Source of the DNA: Lachnospiraceae bacterium UBA7050
GTDB taxonomy: Bacteria > Bacillota > Clostridia > Lachnospirales > Lachnospiraceae
Direction: 5' to 3'
DNA: 64,000 bases
Assembly: GCA_002493905.1 (NCBI GenBank)
Contig: DLAJ01000023.1
Location: 4,375 to 68,374, forward strand
The position numbers and the translations under genes are program-made. Positions 57,460 through 64,000 of the stretch are shown in pieces (positions within the stretch are counted from its first letter, which is position 1; each line of letters starts with the position of its first letter). A model generated the notes under the pieces. It was not told the DNA's origin and did no database searches. It saw only the letters and a list, made by a program, of their open reading frames with translations.

Positions 57460-57517
57460 CTGAGGCGGTGATATACGTCCGCAGAAGCGCTTACAATGAA
57501 ATGTGATCATTGGTCAT

Positions 57518-57563
57518 GATATGTAACTCCTATGAAACGTGATATGTAACCGTTATGAAACGT
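57518..57563 (+). repeat. two tandem 23-bp direct repeats abutting a -35 box
   Basis: GATATGTAACTCCTATGAAACGT / GATATGTAACCGTTATGAAACGT, ending 3 nt before TTGATT at 57567. Confidence 0.85.
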
Positions 57564-57566
57564 CAG

Positions 57567-57595
57567 TTGATTTTTTCGGTGCTTTTTGTTATGAT
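57567..57595 (+). promoter_or_regulatory. sigma-A promoter with an extended -10 (TTGATT-17-TGTTATGAT)
   Basis: TTGATT at 57567-72, TG at 57587-88, and TATGAT at 57590-95. Confidence 0.6.
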
Positions 57596-57690
57596 GAATA
57601 AGATATGTATGGTACTGTCAAAATAAGAATGCTGTGAGGAGCAGCGCATGGGAAAGGAAAGCTTTTTTCATGCCGGAAATGGGGGACAAC

Positions 57691-58560
57691 ATGTCTGATT
57701 TTAAGATCATAACAAATACGACGGCAGATCTGCCGAAAAGCTTTATTGAAGAAAATCAGTTAGGATTATTCTTTTTTAACTATACGTTGAATGGGAAGAA
57801 TTATTCGGCGGAAAATGATCTGGATTACAAGAGCTTTTATGCGCAGGTGAGGGAGGGCAGCATGCCTTCCACGTCGCAGGTCAATCCCGAGACGTTTCGC
57901 GAGAAGTTTACCGAATACTTGAAAGATACGAACAAGCTGTTATATCTTTCTTTTTCATCGGGACTCAGCGGAAGCTGCAGCAATGCGAATCTGGTCGCGC
58001 ATGAAATGATGGAGGAGAACCCGGATATTGAGATTAAGGTGATTGACACGCTTGCAGCGTCCATGGGAGAGGGGCTGGTCGTCTACCGTGCCGTTCAGCT
58101 TCAGAAGGCGGGCAGGTCCTTTGAAGAGACTGCGCGGTATATTGAGGAGCATATCATGAACTTTACACATGTCTTTACGGTGGACGATTTGAACCATCTC
58201 TACCGCGGCGGTCGTGTGAGCAAAACCTCGGCAGTTTTGGGGACGATGATTAATATTAAGCCGATACTTCACGTGGATGAAGAGGGACATCTCATTCCGA
58301 TCGCGAAAGTGCGCGGCAGAAAGAAATCTCTGCATGCGCTTGTTGACTATATGGAAAAAAGAATGGGGAGCTGGCGTGATCAAAATGATATTATCTTGAT
58401 CAGCCACGGTGACTGTCTGGAGGATGCGCAGCTTGTCGCAGACGAGATCAAAGAGCGGTTTGGCATAGAAAATATCATGATGAATCATATCGGTCCGACA
58501 ATTGGGGCGCATTCCGGTCCGGGAACGGTCGCATTGTTTTTTATGGGCGAGGGCAGATAA
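57691..58560 (+). CDS. DegV family fatty-acid-binding protein
   Basis: IITNTTADLP, TSQVNP, FSSGLSG, IGPTIGAHSGPG. Confidence 0.9.
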   Translation: MSDFKIITNTTADLPKSFIEENQLGLFFFNYTLNGKNYSAENDLDYKSFYAQVREGSMPSTSQVNPETFREKFTEYLKDTNKLLYLSFSSGLSGSCSNANLVAHEMMEENPDIEIKVIDTLAASMGEGLVVYRAVQLQKAGRSFEETARYIEEHIMNFTHVFTVDDLNHLYRGGRVSKTSAVLGTMINIKPILHVDEEGHLIPIAKVRGRKKSLHALVDYMEKRMGSWRDQNDIILISHGDCLEDAQLVADEIKERFGIENIMMNHIGPTIGAHSGPGTVALFFMGEGR

Positions 58561-58590
58561 GAGCGGGAGATAATAATAGAAATCACTGCA

Positions 58591-58620
58591 GGAGAGTTTC
58601 GCATCGGCGGAACTCTTTTT
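58591..58620 (+). terminator. weak rho-independent terminator after the DegV gene
   Basis: AGAGTT/AACTCT stem (6 bp plus 2 G-U pairs), a 12-nt loop and a T5 run. Confidence 0.4.
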
Positions 58621-58748
58621 GCATATAGAAAACACTGCGTGCCATAAGAATTGCCGAAACGATTTTTTGACACTTCACGACGGATGCCCGCATATAGTAC
58701 AGTAATAACTATTCTATGCAGGAATGTGACGTGAGAGAAGATTTTTTC

Positions 58749-58928
58749 ATGAAAGAATGCCCTTTTGATGAAAACCGTGACGGCATGAACCAATTTCCGA
58801 TCGGTATGGCATATGTGCCGTGGCAGAAGAATGCCAACACTTATGAGCATCTTGAGGATGGTCTGTGCAACGGAACCATTTTCCCTGAATTATGCATGCC
58901 GTTTACGGGAAGGAGGTGCGTACGATGA
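58749..58928 (+). CDS. cotJA: spore coat-associated protein CotJA
   Basis: The motif MAYVPWQ..GTIFPEL..PF is typical of clostridial CotJA. The start is uncertain (58716 or 58749). Confidence 0.8.
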   Translation: MKECPFDENRDGMNQFPIGMAYVPWQKNANTYEHLEDGLCNGTIFPELCMPFTGRRCVR

Positions 58929-59209
58929 ACTGTGACTGCCAGATCGCAATGACAAAGGAACAGTGCGAAATGCTGCACGATATAGATATTCTGTGCTTTA
59001 CGGTCATTGACATGACTTTATATACGGATACGCACCCTGACGATCAGAAAGCGCTTGATTTTGTAAGGCATTATCAGAAGCTTTTGAATAGCCTGAAAAG
59101 GGAGTATGCGGTGAAGTATGGACCGTTATGCCTGTCCGATGTTGATATGTACGGCACTTCGTGGGATTGGGCTAAGATGCCGCTGCCGTGGGAAGGAGGG
59201 TGTGAGTAA
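58925..59209 (+). CDS. cotJB: spore coat protein CotJB
   Basis: ..LHDIDILCFTVIDMTLYTDTHPDD..A...Y matches the CotJB family. It has an ATGA overlap with cotJA and an SD AGGAGG. Confidence 0.85.
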   Translation: MNCDCQIAMTKEQCEMLHDIDILCFTVIDMTLYTDTHPDDQKALDFVRHYQKLLNSLKREYAVKYGPLCLSDVDMYGTSWDWAKMPLPWEGGCE

Positions 59210-59751
59210 TGTGGAGTTATGAGAGAAGACTGGAATATCCGGTTAATATCAAAAAAACAGATGCGAAGGCGGCGCAGGTCATTATCAGCCAGTACGGCGG
59301 ACCGGACGGGGAGCTGAGTGCTTCCATGCGTTATCTGTCCCAGCGTTTTGCCATGCCTGACCGCCGTGTGGCTGGCGTACTGACGGATATCGGTACCGAG
59401 GAGCTTGCACATTTTGAGATGATCGGCGCGATCGTGCATCAGTTGACGCGTGATCTGTCCATGGAGGAAATTGAGGCATCCGGCTTTGCACCATACTATG
59501 TTGACCATACGGTCGGAGTCTGGCCGCAGGCGGCGGGCGGTATTCCGTTTAATGCCTGCGAATTTCAGTCGAAGGGCGATGCGGTAGCCGATCTGGTAGA
59601 AGATATGGCAGCGGAGCAGAAGGCGCGCGTAACTTATGAGAATATTCTGCGTCTGATCGACGATCCTGATATCATTGAGCCGATCCGTTTTTTACGTCAG
59701 CGTGAGATCAACCATTTTCAACGTTTCGGCGAAGCAAATCGTGCAGAATGA
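59209..59751 (+). CDS. cotJC: spore coat protein CotJC (manganese catalase family)
   Basis: YGGPDGELSASMRYLSQRF and EELAHFEMIG di-metal motifs. It has a TAATG overlap with cotJB. Confidence 0.9.
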   Translation: MWSYERRLEYPVNIKKTDAKAAQVIISQYGGPDGELSASMRYLSQRFAMPDRRVAGVLTDIGTEELAHFEMIGAIVHQLTRDLSMEEIEASGFAPYYVDHTVGVWPQAAGGIPFNACEFQSKGDAVADLVEDMAAEQKARVTYENILRLIDDPDIIEPIRFLRQREINHFQRFGEANRAE

Positions 59752-59762
59752 AGCCATGCAGC

Positions 59763-61442
59763 TTATGGCTTTGGCATATCCTGCACCAATTCCCTTAATT
59801 TTTTGATCTCAACAGGTTTAGAGTAATAATACCCCTGAAACCATGTGGCCTGATAGCCGCGTAGATAATCCTGTAATTCCTCTGTCTCCACGCCTTCCAG
59901 ACAGGTGCTCATGCCGCAGCTGTTGGCAAAATCCACAATGGAGCGGACCATTGCCTGCTTTTTGGCGTCATCCGTGATTCCGCGGATGAAGCTCATATCC
60001 AGTTTGATCTCATCCATCGGGGCGTGAAGCACAATTCCGGAGGAGGCACTTCCAGTTCCGTAATCATCCATTGCCATACGAATTCCATAGCTTTGAAAAA
60101 ATTCTACTTCCTGCCGGATTATGTCAATCGGCATATCCCGGCATCGTTCTGTCAGTTCCATGCATAAGTGGCTGGCGGGAAAATTCGTCCGCTCTAAAAT
60201 GCGCAGCACTTCTGAGTGAAACTCTTCGCGTTCCAGCTGTCTTGCAGATACATTGACATTGAGTATAAACTCCGGCAGAATGCGGAGCAGCTCTTTGGTT
60301 TCTTTAAGAGCCGTCTCAAGAACATAATTTCCGAGGTCATACATTGCCGGATCGGTTTCCATCCATTCGATGAACATGCCGGGCGGCACAATCCCATAAG
60401 GTTCCCTGCGCCATCTGACCAAAGCTTCCGCGCCTGTGATGCGCCCAGTCCCGGAGACCACGATCGGCTGGTATTCCACATAAAATCCGCTGCAGCCTTC
60501 CCGGACGGACTGATGGATAATTTTCATTAAGTCTAAATCCACATTTCTTGAAGTGCGTACTTCGTCGTTAAAAATGATCAGCTTCCCCTGATGTTCCGAC
60601 TCAGAATGTCCAAGTGCATAAGCGGCTTTGGAACTGAGAGAATCTGCCTTTCCGTCATACTGCTCGATCAGGATCGCACCGGCACATATTTTTAATGGGA
60701 TCAGCCTGTTGTTTACAGCGATGCCGCGTGCGAGTCTGTCACGAAGAGTCTGTTCAAGGCGCAGCAGTTTTGCGCGGTCGCCTCCTCTTAAGATAAAACC
60801 GAATTTGGGACCGTCAAGGCGGTAAACGGCACTGACCTCATCCATCATATAAATAAACTGCAGCGCTGTTTCCTTTAGTATCTGGTTCGTAAAGTCATTA
60901 CCGTATATAATATTCAGATTGTTGAACCGTTCCAGTTTTACCATTAAAACAGCAAACGGTGTTTTATTTTCTATTTCTGATTCAAGGTCCGCCGTAAATC
61001 TTGCCTGGGAATACAGATCGGTTAAGGCGTCAATTCTAGGCAGGACATTTTCATTATGAAGCAGGATGAGCAGATACTGCTCTGAATGCTTTTCATCCAT
61101 AACAATATCCGTATGGATGCTGTACAGGTGGTATTCCCCGGAAAGGTCCCGCATTCTGACGCATAATTCTCTTGTCAGGTTGATTCCTTCTGCTCTTTGC
61201 GGGATCCCTTCTTCATATTCCCACCAGTCGTCGGGATGAATCAGACTGCGCATCACTTCGTAGTGGTCTGCGGCATAAGTATCCCGGATCCTGAAATAGG
61301 ATTTTGTCGTCTCCGAGAACCATGCCCTGTTCTGATTCAGATGCAGAATATAAATGTAGGTATCCTCTGCCAGCATATTTAACTTATTCATGACGGTATC
61401 TATGTAGTTTTCGTTGTCATGCCAAAATTCCTGCTCCCCCAT
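59763..61442 (-). CDS. signalling protein: N-terminal PAS-like region, degenerate GGDEF domain and an EAL phosphodiesterase domain
   Basis: EAL core YQPIVVSGTGRITGAEALVRW, DDYGTG and EGVET. The GGDEF position reads RLDGPKF, so the active-site motif is lost. The start at 61442 (SD GAAAGGTG) is preferred over 61472. Confidence 0.8.
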   Translation of the reverse strand: MGEQEFWHDNENYIDTVMNKLNMLAEDTYIYILHLNQNRAWFSETTKSYFRIRDTYAADHYEVMRSLIHPDDWWEYEEGIPQRAEGINLTRELCVRMRDLSGEYHLYSIHTDIVMDEKHSEQYLLILLHNENVLPRIDALTDLYSQARFTADLESEIENKTPFAVLMVKLERFNNLNIIYGNDFTNQILKETALQFIYMMDEVSAVYRLDGPKFGFILRGGDRAKLLRLEQTLRDRLARGIAVNNRLIPLKICAGAILIEQYDGKADSLSSKAAYALGHSESEHQGKLIIFNDEVRTSRNVDLDLMKIIHQSVREGCSGFYVEYQPIVVSGTGRITGAEALVRWRREPYGIVPPGMFIEWMETDPAMYDLGNYVLETALKETKELLRILPEFILNVNVSARQLEREEFHSEVLRILERTNFPASHLCMELTERCRDMPIDIIRQEVEFFQSYGIRMAMDDYGTGSASSGIVLHAPMDEIKLDMSFIRGITDDAKKQAMVRSIVDFANSCGMSTCLEGVETEELQDYLRGYQATWFQGYYYSKPVEIKKLRELVQDMPKP

Positions 61443-61645
61443 ATTGTACCCGCACCTTTCTTGTTTTGACATTCATATTTATCCCACGCCGAGCTGAAAG
61501 TCTGTCTGAAAGTATTAGGACAAATGATAACGTTCTTATATAGTATGCTACTATGAAATCCGGGGTGGGTCAAGAGAAAGAAAAGTGGTTATAGTGTACT
61601 TGCCGTTTCTCATAGAATTTAGGAAAACGGAAAGGGAGCATGTGT

Positions 61646-61810
61646 ATGCCCAAAACGGATCATGCTGATACGTCTGACACCCATATCTGTGTTGACAAAA
61701 TGAAACTGACAGTTGTGAATAGTTATCCGGACTTTCGGGATAGATCAGAACACGAAACACGGCAGGAAACCGGCGCGCAGCTCTATCGGATTTTCAAAAA
61801 GTATGCGTGA
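61646..61810 (+). CDS. 54-aa hypothetical protein upstream of the recombinase (not in the ORF track)
   Basis: SD AAAGGGAG 7 nt before the ATG at 61646. Sequence MPKTDHADTSDTHICVDKMKLTVVNSYPDFRDRSEHETRQETGAQLYRIFKKYA. Stop at 61808-10. Confidence 0.35.
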   Translation: MPKTDHADTSDTHICVDKMKLTVVNSYPDFRDRSEHETRQETGAQLYRIFKKYA

Positions 61811-61879
61811 GTCGGCTCCAAAACCGTTACGGAAACGATATGCGGTGGTCTCTTACGTGTCAGGAAGGTGGGAGGATAG

Positions 61880-63415
61880 ATGTGTAAAGCATTCTATAAT
61901 GCATTGTATGCGCGGCAGTCCATTGAAAAAAAGGACAGCATATCCGTAGAAAGCCAGATTGAATACTGCAGATACGAAACCCGCGGGGAAGCCTGTCTCG
62001 AATATACTGACAAAGGTTTCTCCGGAAAAAATACGAACCGTCCCGGCTTTGAAAATATGATGAATGATATTCGCGCAGGCAAAATCAGGCGGGTGATCGT
62101 TTACAAGCTTGACCGTATCAGCCGTTCGATTTTAGATTTTGCAAACATGATGGAAATATTTCAGAAATATCATGTGGAGTTTGTTTCTTCCACGGAAAAA
62201 TTTGACACTTCTACGCCGATCGGACGGGCCATGCTGCATATCTGTATTGTGTTTGCCCAGCTGGAACGGGAAACCATACAAAAAAGGGTAACGGATGCTT
62301 ATTATGCAAGGTGTAAGCGCGGCTTTTATATGGGCGGGCGCGTTCCATACGGATACCGCCTGACAAGCACGGTCATTGATAATATCCGTACATCCATGTA
62401 TGAGGAAGTCCCTGCAGAAAGTGAGCAGCTAAAGCTGATTTATTCCATGTATGCGGATTCAGAAAATTCGCTTGGAGATATTGTGCGGTATTTGGAGGAA
62501 CACCGGATGAAAAACCTGCGCGGTGTAAACTGGAATACGGCCCGTATCAGCGAGATGCTCCGCAATCCTGTGTATGTGAAAGCCGACATTGACGTGTACC
62601 GCTTCTTTCAGAACCAAGGCGCAAATATCTATAACCCAGCGGGTGATTTCACGGGTTACAATGCCTGTTATCTTTACAAAGGCACGGCTTCCAACACAAG
62701 AAAGCAATGTGATCTGTCCGGTAAAGAGATTGTGCTTGCGCCGCATAAGGGATTTATTTCCTCTAAGACGTGGTTAGCCTGCCGGCATAGGAGTCTGAAC
62801 AACAGACAGTCCACAAAAACCTGCAGACCGAAAAACTCGTGGCTCGCAGGAAAAGTAAAGTGTGGAAACTGCGGTTATGCGCTGATCATCCGTAAGGCAG
62901 GGACAAAATGGGGACGTTACTTTGTGTGCAGTCAGTCGGGAAGCTGCGGAAGAAGCTGTACGGGGGCGGGCTGTACGATTTATGCAGATGTTTTGGAAGA
63001 ATATATGTTTCATGCAGTCAAAGAAAGATTGTCGGAGTTCTCCGTTCTCAAAGAGGGAGCGGATTGTTTCCAGGCTGATACCGGAGGAGCACAGAAGGAT
63101 ATCACGAAAAAAATTCGTCTGACGCAGATTGAGAAGGAAATTGAGGAGCTTCTCTCCAAAGTGTCCGGGGCGGGAAGTGTTCTGATGAAATACATAAACG
63201 AAAAAATATCGGTTCTGGACGCAGAACGGAAAGCGTTACAGAAAGAGATCGTTACTGCTGATGCCGCAAATACAGAGGGCGGATTAAAGAAGATATCTGA
63301 TCATGTAAAAGCGTGGGAAACACTCCCATTCGAAGGCAGACAGGCGGTAGTCGATACGCTTGTCAAGGTGATTCGCATTGCAGACGGCAGCATGGAAATC
63401 ACTTGGAATATTTAA
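61880..63415 (+). CDS. large serine recombinase (resolvase catalytic domain + recombinase domain + zinc ribbon + coiled coil)
   Basis: The N-terminal catalytic motif YARQSIEKKDSISVESQ..GFSGKNTNRPGF..VIVYKLDRISRS is followed by a recombinase domain, then the Cys cluster CGNCGYAL..CSQSGSCGRSC, and a C-terminal coiled coil. Confidence 0.9.
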   Translation: MCKAFYNALYARQSIEKKDSISVESQIEYCRYETRGEACLEYTDKGFSGKNTNRPGFENMMNDIRAGKIRRVIVYKLDRISRSILDFANMMEIFQKYHVEFVSSTEKFDTSTPIGRAMLHICIVFAQLERETIQKRVTDAYYARCKRGFYMGGRVPYGYRLTSTVIDNIRTSMYEEVPAESEQLKLIYSMYADSENSLGDIVRYLEEHRMKNLRGVNWNTARISEMLRNPVYVKADIDVYRFFQNQGANIYNPAGDFTGYNACYLYKGTASNTRKQCDLSGKEIVLAPHKGFISSKTWLACRHRSLNNRQSTKTCRPKNSWLAGKVKCGNCGYALIIRKAGTKWGRYFVCSQSGSCGRSCTGAGCTIYADVLEEYMFHAVKERLSEFSVLKEGADCFQADTGGAQKDITKKIRLTQIEKEIEELLSKVSGAGSVLMKYINEKISVLDAERKALQKEIVTADAANTEGGLKKISDHVKAWETLPFEGRQAVVDTLVKVIRIADGSMEITWNI

Positions 63416-63552
63416 TATGATACTTATTTCCAGCTTCCCGCTTTGGTGAAGCACTGCGCATGACGCAGGATTCTCTGAATCCGAAAAACTTTTATCAATA
63501 TAATCCGGGATTTGACCGTTGTAAATAAGAGGTCTGAGCAGGATTTTTCAAA

Positions 63553-63590
63553 GTCAGCAGCCCCGCTGGAAGCGACGGGGCTGTTGACTT
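63553..63590 (+). terminator. putative terminator downstream of the recombinase
   Basis: 13-bp stem GTCAGCAGCCCCG/CGGGGCTGTTGAC, followed by a weak T-rich tail TTATTGTT. Confidence 0.45.
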
Positions 63591-63699
63591 ATTGTTAATT
63601 TTGTGTCAAAATAAATGCGTTGGTTTTCGGTGTCATGCAGACATGATATGAGATTCATTGATTGTCTGCGAAAATCAGAAAGGAATGGGACTGGACTGT

Positions 63700-64000
63700 A
63701 TGAGAGGAATTGATACAGAGGTCAGAAAAGTAAGACGGCGCGTGTTCAAGGAAATCGCGAATCTCGCCTATCACTCGACAAATCTGCTGGACGATATGGA
63801 AGCGCTGCCGTATAAGCTTGTCAACAGCGACGAATCGCCATATTGGGAAAGCGTATACCGGGAGCGCGCGGTTGTCAGGGAGCGGATGCGTCTTGCAATG
63901 GGCATGTCGCTGCGGCCGGAAAATCAGCCGGTGCATGTCAGCCAGGGGGTGGAGGAGAGCGATATCGCCCAGAAATTTTACGAACCGCCGCTGCTGCAGG
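63700..64000 (+). CDS. 5' part of a CDS running off the window; the N-terminus resembles [FeFe]-hydrogenase-family / Fe-S proteins
   Basis: Open frame MRGIDTEVRKVRRRVFKEIANLAYHSTNLLDDMEALPYKLVNSDESPYWESVYRERAVVRERMRLAMGMSL.. with no stop before 64000. The family call is from memory of similar N-termini and is tentative. Confidence 0.4.
   Translation, partial: MRGIDTEVRKVRRRVFKEIANLAYHSTNLLDDMEALPYKLVNSDESPYWESVYRERAVVRERMRLAMGMSLRPENQPVHVSQGVEESDIAQKFYEPPLLQ

Noticed and set aside
61880-63415. Calling the region a prophage or ICE on the basis of the serine recombinase.
   Set aside because: No structural phage, replication, conjugation or cargo genes are visible on either side within the window, so only the recombinase gene itself is annotated.

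Overview
This window looks like a mostly core chromosomal segment of an endospore-forming Firmicute, probably Clostridia or Lachnospiraceae-like. That call rests on SpoIID-domain, spoIVA, GerA/SpoVAF-type and cotJABC genes and on Gram-positive Shine-Dalgarno sites.

Recognisable housekeeping blocks:
- A Phe T-box leader followed by pheS and pheT.
- An M18 aminopeptidase, queA and a PRPP synthase.
- A DUF512 gene followed by der, plsY and gpsA.
- metF, spoIVA and an AzgA-type purine permease.
- punA, cdd and an amidohydrolase.
- rnhA, then nrdD, nrdG and dut.
- A DegV gene and cotJABC.

Less ordinary content:
- A roughly 13 kb block lies between gpsA and spoIVA. It holds a zinc-ribbon Q/N/P-repeat tail-anchored protein, a lipoprotein, metF, four 27-bp tandem repeats, a MoxR AAA+ / CoxE-type VWA pair, a four-gene ABC operon and a leaderless GH74-like propeller.
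- The ABC operon encloses a 769-aa membrane protein with ten near-perfect 14-aa Q/N-rich repeats.
- A MutS-domain-V membrane ATPase, RNase HI, a 59-aa TM peptide and a WYL regulator sit in a row.
- An MMPL transporter is translationally coupled to a 1646-aa GLUG and heptad-repeat surface protein with two internal TM helices.
- A lone large serine recombinase with a 54-aa companion ORF sits near the right edge.

Non-coding structure:
- An orphan promoter, a roughly 270-nt structured RNA and a terminator lie upstream of the SpoIID-domain gene.
- A 35-nt palindromic element is present in three dispersed copies.
- Several short tandem-repeat arrays sit in promoter regions.
- A structured leader lies upstream of the purine permease.

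I saw no rRNA, tRNA or CRISPR array. No known defence system could be recognised. All family calls come from motif recognition by eye, and no database search was run.
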